64,000 nucleotides of DNA from Leucoraja erinacea (taxonomy: Eukaryota): assembly GCF_028641065.1 (NCBI RefSeq), contig NC_073384.1:56482001-56546000 (forward strand), given 5' to 3'. This document shows, in pieces, positions 36,221 to 48,012 of this stretch; position 1 is the first letter of the stretch; each line of letters starts with the position of its first letter. The position numbers and the translations under genes are program-made. Under the pieces are notes generated by a model, which did no database searches, was not told the DNA's origin, and saw only the letters and a list, made by a program, of their open reading frames with translations.

Positions 36221-36634
36221 GGCCTACCTGTAGAATGGCCCCCACGATTCATGGGTAACACACACAGACGGAGGTATAAACATTATCATGTGCACTGTAG
36301 GTATTACGTCGGTCTGGACGCATACCGGCATAATTGAAGTCTAGATTTTGAGTCTAGATGATAGAAGCCATTTCTGTCATAAACATTTGACTTCCTTCTA
36401 TCTCTATGATACAGCACACAAATACGGTGCTTTGCAATAGAATTTGTAGGATTTGTTTAAAAATTATGCAAATTCAAAATAGATTTAATAGATGTAAATA
36501 TACATTACAGTGTATTTTGATTTCAATTTTATAAATTGTTGGGTACTCGGAAGATGAAAGATTCCACTATTAATACTAAAAACTACCAAGGAACCAAAGG
36601 AGCAGGGTGGACCAGACGGAGTACAAAACGCAAG

Positions 36635-36790
36635 GGAAGTAGACACAAAGTGCTTAAGCAACTTGGCGGCATCTCTGGAGCTTGCGAGCCTGCGCTTGGT
36701 CTCGCCATATGCAGGAGTCCACACCTGGAACAGCAGATACAGTAGAACAGTAGATGAGGTTGGAGGAGGTGCAAGTGAACCTATGAATTC
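36635..36790 (-). mobile_element. Penelope GIY-YIG endonuclease fragment fused to terminal-repeat remnant
   Basis: Minus-strand frames give SNLIY..CICCSRCGLL and YGETKRRL, the GIY-YIG signature of Penelope-like elements (frameshifted). Confidence 0.7.
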
Positions 36791-37476
36791 CCTATAAATG
36801 AAACCAATTTTGTTTATGCAGATAATGATTTGAAATTGCGTGATCATTATTTAATTCAGCAGAGGCATGTAAACGTAGTTATATTATAGAACAGGTAAAA
36901 TGGTGGCAATAGGGCAGGATAGAAGACAGCTTGTCCTACTTCTCAGGTTGACAGCAAGCTGATAAGGTCATCTTGGGTCGAGCCAACTCCTTGAAGCCAG
37001 ACAAAACCACTGGCTGATGAAACACAAAAAATAATGTGGAATCTGTTAAGAACATCAAAATAATTTGGCAAACCTTGAGCTGCACCCAGAGAGGCAAGCA
37101 GAGAGAGGAATCCAGGAGAGCTGCCTGGCTTGAACCCAGTCTGTTTAGGATTTCCGCAGCTGTTATTGAAAATGCAGGCTGTGTAAGCAGACAGTGGAAA
37201 CCTCACATCTCAGCAAACAATACAATAATTCCTAGAGGGGGAGTGTGGGGGTTAATTGCTGAAATCACATTTTTTAAGGGAATCCTGTGTGGCATATTAA
37301 CCAGCATTTAGGATGTACGGCAGAGAAAAGGGCACTTGCAGATCATGGAGACAAAGTTCAGGAGTCAAATGTGTTTAATTGTCATATTTACTGACGACTG
37401 TTCAATTAATTTCTTACTTGCTGCAGTTTACAGGCCCATTAATACAATAACACACAGATAATGATATAATAAACTA

Positions 37477-38398
37477 CTAGACTAAGTGGGACACATCACT
37501 GACTCACACACCATATATATAGCAGCTTCACACGGGAGGGCTGGTCCCCCAATGCAATATTCCACCTCTCCAACAATTCCAATATTGCTGGCCAGTGGGG
37601 GTAGGGGGGCTTTCTGGAATACTAGTGTGGTGTTGTGGGCCAAAGGGACTGGTTTCCAGAGGGCTAGTAGGGACATTGTGGGCCGAATGGGTTCTTGGGC
37701 TGGCAGATCAGTGACTGAGACCACACTCACACAGACACACACTCACACACACACACACTTACTGACTCACACACCATATATATAGCAGTAAACTTTCTTG
37801 AATACTCACACGGCTGAGCGCGGCCTCTCCGCTTTGGGGCTTCCGCAGTCAGCGGCACTTCCGCAATCAACGTGACCTCTGCACTCACCGGAACTTACGC
37901 AATCAGCGCAACCTGTCCACTAAGTGGAAGTCAGGAAATGAGTGGGACCTAATAAAGCATTGCAGTTTCAAGCACAGGCTGGGCAGCAGGCAAAACAACT
38001 CATGTCATTGTCATTAAGGGCTAACAAATTATTTATTGCAAGTACACAGGTCAGTTGATTCATAGCTTAGAATGAGAGTCGTTGTCTCTCCCTCGCGATC
38101 TTGCAGATTGACTTCCAGGCATCTGGGATTTTATAATCCTGCACCCCACACCCTCCCCCCCCCCCGGAAGGGCCGTTACCTTCATTGCGGTGATTGACAG
38201 GGAGAGGACCTCAAAGTTTTTTAAACACACATAACCTTTTTATTTTTCATTGATGCGAAAATCCTTGAGGCCTGCTCAGTGGAGGAGGACTGTGAGTAAG
38301 ATGGCCAAATATCATAGCGATATATGATAGCGTTTTTTCTATAAACAATATACAGCACAAACAGGAAGTGGTCAAGATGAGACTTTTAATTATATAGA
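37477..38398 (-). mobile_element. Non-autonomous Helitron-like element (second family)
   Basis: Minus strand A|TCTATATAATTAAAAG ... CCCACTTAGTCTAG|T; shares cccaatgcaatattccacc-like segment with the 22005 element; subterminal hairpin not intact; internal CA-rich duplication. Confidence 0.65.
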
Positions 38399-38477
38399 TA
38401 ACACTGGTGATCAGGATAGTTCAATACTGGTAGTCCAAGCTTATAGTGCATCCAAAGACAGTTCGTAGAAGATTTAG

Positions 38478-38644
38478 GGGGGCGGCACAGTGGCATAGTA
38501 GTAGAGTTGCTGAAATATAGCGTCAGAGACCCGGGTTCGATTCTGACTATGGGTGCTTTCTGGATGGCGTTTGTACGTTCTCCTTGTGACATGGGTTTTC
38601 TCCAGGTCCTCCGATTTCCTCCCACATCCCAAAGACGTAGTACA
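38478..38644 (+). mobile_element. HE1/V-SINE tRNA-derived SINE, 5' part
   Basis: A-box-like TGGCATAGTAG, B-box GGTTCGATTC (38534-38543), V-domain-like core tttgtacgttctcc..tgggttttctcc..tttcctcccacatcccaaagac. Confidence 0.82.
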
Positions 38645-38650
38645 GTCATT

Positions 38651-38966
38651 GGCAGATTCATGGGTAATTTTCAGCCGCTTTCCGTAACCGGTTTTCAACT
38701 CCGCACCAAAGATCCCATAGCGGAGCAAAGATACTAGTGCGGAGACGGAAGCCGGTTACGGAAACATCCTCGTAAAAATCAAAGTTATTTGGGAAAAATC
38801 TTCTCCTCATTTTCAGAATTATATTATTATATTGCAGATTACACTGTGGGTCGGGTCGGGTTACGGAAATGGATGAAAAAAAGGCCCACTTTCCGCTCCG
38901 TTGCGTACTATACGTCAGACCATTGCATTTAGAAGGAGTGGTCTATCTTGCTATAGGATCTTTGGT
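38651..38966. mobile_element. Unclassified short element with interlocking inverted repeats
   Basis: CpG-rich; GTCATT at both flanks (38645-38650, 38965-38970); IR pairs 38679-38691/38752-38764, 38699-38706/38737-38744, 38705-38733/38944-38966. Confidence 0.6.
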
Positions 38967-39029
38967 CATTACCTCTGATGGATTGGTCAAAGTCTAGTAC
39001 TCCCTATAGTCTCTTTTCTGAGTGTTCAT

Positions 39030-39200
39030 ATTGACGAACCAGACTGTGATGCAATCAGTCACAAAGCTCTCTGCCGTACACCTGTAGAACTTTGATGGAC
39101 TATTTGTCAACATAACAAATCTCCTTAATCTTCTAACGAAGTAGAGGCATTGATGAGCTTTCTTTGTTATTGCATTGATGTACTAGGCCACGACAATTCT
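39030..39200 (-). mobile_element. Rex1-type RT fragment
   Basis: Reverse-complement similarity to 19190-19345 (aaagctcatcaatgcctctacttcg..agaagattaagg..ttctacaggtgtacgg). Confidence 0.7.
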
Positions 39201-39931
39201 TTGATCCAGCAGTCAATCTTGCAGATGTTCCATGCCATCCTTACTTTTCTCGTTAGAGAATCCATGAAATCTTGAATGTTGAGGACTTTCAAAGCCAGAG
39301 CAAGATTTTCGTTGTACCTGTACTTTATTGTACCTTTGCAGTAAACTCAACATGACTTGAAGTTCGACTAAATCTGGTGGTGGACTCCAAGATCTTGTCG
39401 TCTTGGAATTTATGGGCTGCATATCAAGAAGTGGCAGGGAGCTGGTTCTGGTGTGAGCTAATGTCCAATTTTTCCACCTTAAAATGTTAATCTATTTCTG
39501 ATAAAAAAGATACTTTGTTCAATCGTCAAGCCATATATGTTAGAAAACAGAAAAGGAATAAAAGAGCAGTTGACAGACGAGAGCTCTTTGAAGCAGCCTG
39601 TCTCTGGTGTAATGAAAGGCGGCTCTGTCACATCAAACACGACCCTTCTTCCTAGTTTGAAGTTGTAAATTTGGCCTCTTTTTGTATGGGCAGCAGACAG
39701 ACCCTCCTTCACCTACATTGCCATGTGCTGTTGTCCATTACGGCTGCGCTGTATCCAATGTGGCCTTTCATATTTAATGTGTACAGACTCCTCTAAACCA
39801 GAGGCATGGTATGGCTCAGGGGACTGGGATACTCCAGCCATTGTAAAGATAAGGCTGAGATGAGCCCAGGACCACCAGCTCATTGTTCCAGGGTACAGAT
39901 ACTACAGAGGTGATGGAGATACAGGTAAGTG

Positions 39932-40302
39932 TCAAGTCAAGTCAAGTCACATTTATTTATAAAGCACATTTAAAAAAACAACTCTCGTTGGCCAAAGTGC
40001 TTTACATTTGTTATAAGAATAGCACAACAAAACAAACTACATACATATATACATGTAGCCCTCACTCGGAGGACGTCAGGAAAGGCTTGGGAGTATAGAT
40101 AAGTCTTTAGTCTTGACTTAAAAGAGTCGATGGAGGGGGCAGTTCTGATTGGAAAGGGGATGCTGTTCCACAGCCTAGGGGCTGCAACCGCAAAGGCGCG
40201 GTCACCCCTGAGCTTATGCCTAGACCGTGGGATATTCAGCAACACCAAGTCGGCCGATCTGAGGGGCCTGGAGGTGGAGTGGTGGGTGAGATGACTTTTT
40301 AT
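39932..40302 (-). mobile_element. L2 LINE 3' fragment with 7-bp TSD
   Basis: ORF 39970..40386 contains RPLRSAD..L.IPR...GDRAFAVAAPRLWNSIP..IR.APS..SFKSRLKTYL; (CTTGA)n tail; GTAAGTG at 39925-39931 and 40303-40309. Confidence 0.9.
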
Positions 40303-40429
40303 GTAAGTGAAGATTGGGGGCAGAGGGTGCATGTTTGATGAAGGAGAACACAAACAGTCCTTGGAGGAAATCCTTGGGGGAATCATCCAGAGAAGCTATA
40401 TGGGTTGAAACAAGAGTGGATGTTCACAT

Positions 40430-40960
40430 TGTATTACAGGCCTCCCACTAGTTGGTGGGAATCAGAAGAGCACATGCCTAAGGAGATTAATACGGTAGTT
40501 TTATGGGGAGATTTTAGCTTCCCTTAAATTGACTGGGTCATGAGTGGGGTGGGATTTATCAAATGTGTCCAAGAAAGCTTTCTTAATCCATTTATAGAGG
40601 GTCCTATTAGACAGGGTACAACACTGGACCTCTTAGGGAAAGAGGTAGGGCAAGTGACTGCAGAGTTGGTGGGGAAGCTATTTGGGACCTGAGGCCATAA
40701 TTCTGTAGGTTTTGAGATAGTTATGCAAACAGATAAGACTGGTCCATAAGTCCTAAGTTGTGGCAATGCCAGTTTTGAAGACATTAGGGAGGAACTTACT
40801 GTGGTCGATTGGGAGAGTCTGTTTGCTGCCAAGTGGGAGTTTTTTAAAGTATGATAGCAAGAATTCAGGGCCAGCATGTTCCTGATAGGGTGAAGAGCAA
40901 GGCTGGCAAGCTCATGGAACCTGGGAGACAAGAAATATTGAGGCCCAGGTCAGGAAAAGC
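40430..40960 (+). mobile_element. CR1 ORF2 N-terminal (endonuclease/linker) remnant
   Basis: gtattacaggcctccc, atggggagattttagcttccc..ttgactggg (GDFN-like), actggacct.., ccataattc (DHN-like); many disablements. Confidence 0.7.
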
Positions 40961-41004
40961 AGTCAGAAACAGTTTTGTTTTGTTATTGTTATCGGCAAAC
41001 ACCA

Positions 41005-41765
41005 GGAAAGAGTCAGAATGGAGTCAGGCCCTTCGACCAACACGTCCATGCTGAGCAATATGACAATCTATGCTAGCCCCGTTTGCCCATGTTGAACCAC
41101 ACCCCTTTAAACCTTTCCTATCCATGTACTTGTCCAATTAATTTTCAATTGTTTATGTACCTGCCTCAACCCCTTCCTCTGGCAACTCGTTTCATATACC
41201 CACCATCATCTCTGTGAAAATGTTACGCCTCAGGTTCCTGTTACATTTTTCCTCTCTCACCTTAAAACTATGCCTTCTAACTTTTGTCTCGCCTACCCAG
41301 GGAAAATGACTGCGTGCATTCACAATATGTATGTCCCTCATGATATGATATGCCCCTTTGAATTTGCTTGTCAATCTCCTATGCTCCAAGCAATAAAGAT
41401 CTTATTTGCCCAACCTTTCTCTACAACTTAGGCACTTGAGTCTGAGCAAGTTTCTCATAAATCCACTTTGTACTCTTTCCAGTATTCTGACATCTTTTCT
41501 ACGAGAGGATAACCAAAACTGTACACAATATGCCAAGCCTTGCTTCACCAACGATGTCCGGTACAACAGTAAAATAACATCCCAACTCCTGACTGATCGA
41601 TGAAGGCCAGCATATCCTTTTTTCACTATCCAGTCTACCTGGGATGCTACTTCTAGGGAACTATGTACTTCTACTCTAGTTCCTCTGTTCTACAAAACCT
41701 CCCAGGTCCTTACTTTTTGCTGTGAAAGCCTGATTTGGCTTCCAAAAATCCAATGGCTTGCACTT
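41005..41765 (-). mobile_element. CR1 3' fragment, degraded
   Basis: Minus ORFs 41402..41626 (RSWDVILLLY..LV...YCVQFW...ILERVQ) and 41192..41389. Confidence 0.85.
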
Positions 41766-42046
41766 TTTGAATTGAATGTTTACATATTCTGTTATACTGC
41801 AGCAAGTAAGTTATTTCATTGTTTTATGTGGGATATCTTTATACTTATAAACTCTGATCTTGGATGTGTGTGTATTGTGCGATGTTCATGTGCGTTTCAC
41901 ATCTCCTTGAAAACACGACACACTAACGGTAAGACTCTGGGTATGAGAAAACTGTTCTGAATTGTCCTACTTGAGATGAGCAGTACAGTGATGCTTTAGA
42001 TGAAGGATAGCATATTTTCTTCTCTGAAGAAAATTAATGACCCATT

Positions 42047-42252
42047 ATAGACACAAAAAGCTGGAGTAACTCAGCGGGACAGACAACATCTCTGGAGAAA
42101 AGAAATGGGTGACATTCGGGTCGAGACTCTTCTTCAGACTTCTCGATCCAAAATGTCACCCATTCCTTCTCTCCAGAGGCGCTGTCTGTCCAGCTGAGTT
42201 ACTTTTGTGTCTATCTTTGGTTTAAACCAGCATCCGCAGTTCCTTCCAACAC
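42047..42252. mobile_element. Palindromic Penelope terminal-repeat insertion with ~17-bp TSD
   Basis: Arms joined at ~42140; ATTAATGACCCATTATAG (42033-42050) vs ATTAATGTCCCATATAG (42253-42269). Confidence 0.85.
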
Positions 42253-43194
42253 ATTAATGTCCCATATAGCTTTTAAGGTAATCTGACAGCCCTATTGATA
42301 CTATAATCAATATTATTCCTTCATTTCCAGATGTTATTTTAAATTGAATATGTGTTCTGCCCTGCTGTTTTTAATTTGCGTTCTCTGGACTATTATAGAT
42401 CAAATCATGTTGCCAATAAAGAGCCATCTCACCACCGGGGCAGGAGAATGGGGGTCCCTGTTTTTATATTTTCTCTTTTTCAGTCTTTTGTGAGAAGTGT
42501 GTTTGGCGTACTCTTTTCGATTTGTGGTATCAAGACTTCATTAAGACAAAAATTTACATTTACAGTGTGTGAATTTTGCCTTTTTTTGGGTGGTATTTCT
42601 GAATGTATCGGCCAAGTGTTTAAATTAGCTGGAATTGTATCCTGATGTTGATCAAGGGAACTTTGAGTTGGAATTCCATCATCGGAACTGGGGAGATTTT
42701 AATTCCAAATTCATTATCTGAATTTAACGCAATAATTTATAATTGTAACTACATAAACACAAGGGTGTCATTAAAAATCCATCTTGTTCACTGATGTCCT
42801 TATGTGTCTCTGGATTTTTAGCAATGGAGTTTACCCATTAGCTATTTTCTTAAAGGGATTAGCGAGCTACCCAGTTGAGGGATTGGACAATGAAATAGCA
42901 GTGTTGACATTACTTAAAAATATACTGGGTTATGGAATTTAATTATTAAAATACGTTGGAATAAAATGATTTATATTTAATTCCAACATTAAGAATTGTG
43001 GCGTGTTTTTGAAAATTGGAATTTATTTGTTTGCTACCACATCAATAAAGGGCTGAATATCACATTCGGTCCCAAATGTTGCATCCTTTGGGATGTTATG
43101 ATGTGCTTTTTTGTGTGAGGTAGAAAGAGTAAGAGATGAAATCTAAATAGATGGCTGTAGGAATCCAAAGCAGGCTGCAAGTTGGATTTTAAAA

Positions 43195-43464
43195 TGTGTA
43201 GGAAGGAACTGCAGATATAAAACATTTTGAGTGCAGGATGGAAATTGGTGGTGAAGTTGACGAAGTCCATGAGTTCTGCACGGGCGCAAGATGTAGCATC
43301 GATGCCGTCGACAATGTAACGGAGATAGAGTTCGGGGATAGGGCCAGTGTTCGCCTGGAATAGGGATTGTTTGAAGAAGGGTGTCAACCCGAAACGTCAC
43401 CCATTCCTTCTCTCCAGAGATGCTGCCTGTCCCGCAGAGCTACTCCAGCTTTTTGTGTCTATCT
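43195..43464. mobile_element. Penelope RT fragment (minus) fused to an inverted terminal-repeat arm (plus)
   Basis: Minus ORF segment QSLFQANTGPIPELYLRYIVDG..ATSC..ELMDFVNFTTNFHPAL is homologous to the 48013 ORF; plus arm starts at 43371. Confidence 0.88.
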
Positions 43465-44119
43465 GCGTGTTAAATCAGTGCCTTTGGTGGTGGCAAGATT
43501 TTCTGACTGCTTTTCATTAACTTTTTAGCAAGCACACTAGGCAGATTTCTAACAGGCAAGTCACATTGGCGATTCTATTGCCTTCAAATCTTCCCCGAGG
43601 GTTACGGTACACTTCTCCTTCAAGGACATTGTTCTTTTGATGCTTTTGTGTTTGATGTTTAAAGAGTTCAGTTTTCGAAAGTAAAAATGGTGGTGTCTCA
43701 GTAAAGTTACTATTCGTTTTTTTTTTAAAAGGGGCAAATTCATCAAAGCAACAGCTTCAAAAGAATTGCAATCCAGATCCAAATTGTTCACCCATCCCTA
43801 CAATTGTGGCTGTTCTTGTGGAATTTCTGTGTTATTTTAACTTTGTGAAAAAACTGAAACCAACAAAAATGCCAATGCTTGTGGTTTGCGTGAATTTTTT
43901 GATTCAGCTTCTGCAGCTCAACGAAACCATTTATTTAACCCCTTCATCGGCCATGGTAGTATTTCTAAATTGTTGAGCTTATGGCAATGATTTTTCACTC
44001 AAATATGACTGAATATAGGCAGTAATTTAAAATGTGAACATATTTTGCTTTGGGGAATTTATATGACACAAGTGGACTTAAGATAGTGAGGAAAGTTGGG
44101 TTCATTTCTTTTGAGAAAC

Positions 44120-44910
44120 AGATATAAAGATCAAGAAACTCATCACTTACATAAATTGAGAAATAATGCTTTTGTATGCCTAAATAAATGTAGGAGAACA
44201 TGGCGGTGGAGAGAGCTAAAGTATAACACTTTCCTAGAGTCAAATTTGATATTGGAAAAATAACCAATATTAATGTGCATGTTAACATGAACATAATTTT
44301 TTTTTAAAAACACAATGTCAGAACAACTCTTAAAAGTATGTGCATGGCAATCTGTGGGGTGAATTTGTGGAATAGTCAAGAACAGGAGATAAAACCTAGC
44401 ACAAACATAATTCAGTTTAAAAAAAATGTACAAAAACACTTTTTTAAAAGGATACTGGGATGAGGATAGGTGATTGTGAGTGGGATATTTGGTATACTGG
44501 TTGTATTGGGAAGGGTGATTATAGGGCGATGGGTTGTATATACGACTAAGAGATACTGTATAGTATATGAGGGTTTTTTCTTTTTTCTTTTTTTCTCTCT
44601 TTTTTGTATGGCTTTGTAAATGATTAGTGTGTAAGTGTAAATAATTTGCTGTACATATAGCTGCTGGTGTACATATGGTGTACATATAGCTGCTAAATTT
44701 GTATAAGATAATTATAAGCAGTTGAATAAGGGGTGGGAATTAATAAGCTTTGGCTTCTTCCTGCTCCTTTTCGGACACATACGATTTAATTTATTTATAG
44801 ATATTGTTTATGACACTTTTTATAAATATTCTTGCTTTTGTTTTTTGTATGCTGTTTCACACTTGCTTTTTATTCTTTTATTCTGTTCGAAATAAAGAAT
44901 TAAATAAGTT
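44120..44910 (+). mobile_element. AT-rich LINE 3' fragment (L2/Crack-like)
   Basis: G(V)NLWNS...IK....IQFKK-type C-terminal motif at ~44350-44440; 3' UTR ending gttcgaAATAAAgaattaaataa. Confidence 0.6.
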
Positions 44911-45389
44911 AACAAACAAACGTGCAAGCAGGGTGAAAAAATGTGGATTTAGAGAGATTATTTAAAATTTCGGATGTAAATAATCAAAAGGTGTGCAGTG
45001 TGCCCAAAAAGCAAATTACTACAGATGCTGGAAATCTGAAACAAACGCAGAAATGTTTGAAAAAATCAGGCTACATTTGAAAAGAGAAAAACAGTACTCC
45101 AGCACTTTGTGTCTTTTTTATAAACCACCACCTGCAGTTCCTTGTGTCAGCATAATGTTTCATCAGAGGACAGAGCTTCAACCTGATTTTGTCTTACCAC
45201 AGATGCTGGCTGACCACCTGTTTTTTTAGCATTATCTGCTTTTTTTCCACATAGACATGTCTTGCTATTGCTGTCTGATTTTTAAGTGTGTGCCTCTGTT
45301 GCATAATAAGCTGTAGTACTAAACAGTGTTCATAGATACAAAAAATATGTTTATTATTAACCTTGCTAATGAATTGGTGAAATGGAAGC

Positions 45390-45520
45390 CAGTCAGATGA
45401 AGGGACCCAACCCAAAATTTCACCTGTCCATATCCTCCAGAGATGCTGCCTGGCCTGCTGAATTACTCCATTGCTTTGTGTTTTACTCGAGATTCCAGCA
45501 TCTGAGGTTCCTTGTGTCAC
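45390..45520 (+). mobile_element. Old Penelope terminal-repeat arm (another remnant at 45018-45150)
   Basis: gatgaagggacccaacccaaaatttcacctgtcc..ctccagagatgctgcctggcctgctgaattactcca. Confidence 0.7.
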
Positions 45521-46249
45521 CATTAGTTTTATTTTAATGGGTAATCTGAACAACTCACTTTTAGTTTCTACATGCAAGTGAGAAAAAGCTTTTCAGTGGG
45601 TCAGTTGCATGCACCACTCGAGCTAACAAAGGGAACATTCCTTATTTTCAGATTTGCACAATGTAAATGTATCCTTTGTATTAAAATTTGCAAAGGACAT
45701 AACATTTCTGTCTTTCCTAAAATCTGTACTAACCGCAGCCAATAACTTAGAGGAATTTGCTGAGGCTTGTAAAAAAAACATTAATTCATCAAACCACACA
45801 CATTGCAGAGCACCTGTTCGGATAATAATAGTACAGTTGAAAGCGGTTTAATGGAATGGTCCCAGTCAGAAGAACTCAACTTTCCTAATCATTCTGATGT
45901 AGGTTAAATATATTATTTTTCATGAACTAGGCAAGTGTTGCTTGGTGCATGACAGGACGTGAGGATCGAAAGAAAGTACAGTGACATGCTAGAACTTGCT
46001 GGTTACAAGGAAAGAGCATTCTTAGTTGGTGACCAGTTCCACGCTAATAATGTGGTACGTGCTGGCCAGTGCCTTTTTAACCATTCTGTAGGAAGTGCAG
46101 AGTATGGCTCTCAGTGGGTCCGCTGGGGGCTGTAGTGTTTTTTTTCATTTAAGTAAGAATGGATTACAAATCGGCTTTCATTGGAGATGGGATATTGTCT
46201 CAGATATTGGTTTTGCCTAGACTTTGTTTCATTTGGATTATGATAGGAA

Positions 46250-46798
46250 AGGCCTCCCATTCCCACACTGACCTTTCTGTCCAGGGCCTCCTCCACTGTC
46301 AGAGTGAGGCCAAATGCAAATTGGAGGACCAGCACCTCATATTTCGCTTGGGCAGCTTATAACCCAGCGGTATGACTGTTGATTTCTCTAACTTCAAGTA
46401 ACCCTTGCATCCCCTCTCTCTCCGTCCCTTCCCCAACCTAGTGGTCGTAATAAGAAGGGTTTCGGCCCGAAACGTTGCCTATTTCCTTCGCTCCATAGAT
46501 GCTGCTGCACCCGCTGAGTTTCTCCAGCTTTTTTGTGTAATAATTTCACTGTCGCCCTGCTGAGTTCCATTGTTTGTATCTCGTTATCACCTTATCTACA
46601 GCCAACAATGGCTTTGATCTGCCTTTTTGCACATCTTTCATTAATTTGTTCTATTTCTTGGTTCCCTCTCCCCTGACACAGTCTGAAGAAAGGTCTCAAT
46701 CCAAAACGTCAACTATTGCTTTTCTCCAGAGATGCTGCCTGTCCCGCTGAGTTACTCCAGCATTTTGTGTAAACCAGCATCGGCCTTCCCTTCCTACA
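46250..46798 (+). mobile_element. Penelope 3' fragment (endonuclease C-terminus plus terminal repeat) with nested arm of the other subfamily
   Basis: SHSHTDLSVQGLLHCQSEAKCKLEDQHLIFRLGSL; nested arm 46454-46536 flanked by GTAATAA (46447-46453, 46537-46543); host core at 46683-46710. Confidence 0.88.
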
Positions 46799-48012
46799 AT
46801 TTTAGTTGTTGGAATATAAATGGAAGGGGCTGAGCATCGCTGTGAATTGAATTGCAGCCGTAAGTGCTGATATAAATAATATTTATTTTTGGTGTATGAC
46901 AGGATTATTTTGAATTCAGCTACTGGGCTCATAATGTGGAAAAATAAGGGTAATGTCAAAACAATGTCTCAATTATAGGTGTTTCCTGAGAGACTTTGAT
47001 TAAAATTATGTTAGTTATCCATCAGAACAGCCCTGCAAAACTGCTTTGCATTTCCGTTGGTGGCAGCCATTTCTTTGAGCTTCTTCTTCCTGTCGAGTCC
47101 ACATACAAGATTAGAAGTTGTTCAGCCAGAGCTGAATACACCTCTCGGCATCTGCATATAATGGTGTCTGTCTTGTCTCTTCTTGTGCGTGGCGGTGGAA
47201 AAATGAGTGGAAACAGGGTCGCGATGTGAACGCTCTTTCCTTGACCCCATTTCTTTGAGCTGTATTCCCCCCTTTTATTCCTAATACTGACAGAAAATCC
47301 CAGACCTCACTAAAAGCAAGTCTTGAGAATGGAGTTCACTCAGCAGATTTTTGAGTCTTGTTCTCCATACTTCACTATTTCCTTTAAGATATTACCCTTC
47401 AATTTTTCTTAAACCCTTTCCCCGATCCCCTCAGTCCTTTCAGTTACCAGTCTTTTTGTCTTTATTTGTTGTTTCTGTTAGTTTGTTCCTTCGTATTATC
47501 TTGAGTGGCTTTCTGTTTGGATAGTTTGTCGTGCAACATAGACCGTATCAAGCTGCTATACCTTGTGCTTTCCAGCATGCATCAACATGCCACATTAACT
47601 CTGTAAGAGTCCACGCAAGGCTTATAAACAACATTTAGTTCCTTTGATTCTTACGGGTGTATTTCAGTAATACCTTGACAGGTTGTGCATTAAAGCTTCT
47701 GATGTCATCAGTGAATCCTGCAAGATACCGAGCGATGAAGACTGCGTTCAATCCTTGGTCAGCTCCTCTCAGTCTGTAGCATTGTCAATAATGTGGTTGG
47801 TACATTTGCGTTATCTTATAAAGTAAAAAGCAAGCAGAAGATATTCTCTCAGTAGAAATAAAGAAATAAAGACGCCCCGCGACTCGACCACCAGCAGACT
47901 CCAGGCCCCAACTACAGCCTGCATCGCCTGCCCAAGTCCCGCGACGCCATCTTGGCCACGAGGAGCGCCTACAATACTCACCAGGACGCCGCCTTCACCA
48001 ACCTCCACATCG

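Noticed and set aside
38478-38550. tRNA gene
   Set aside because: A/B boxes continue into SINE core; no complete cloverleaf or terminator.
44143-44685. 180-aa minus-strand ORF
   Set aside because: Antisense to an AT-rich LINE 3' fragment.
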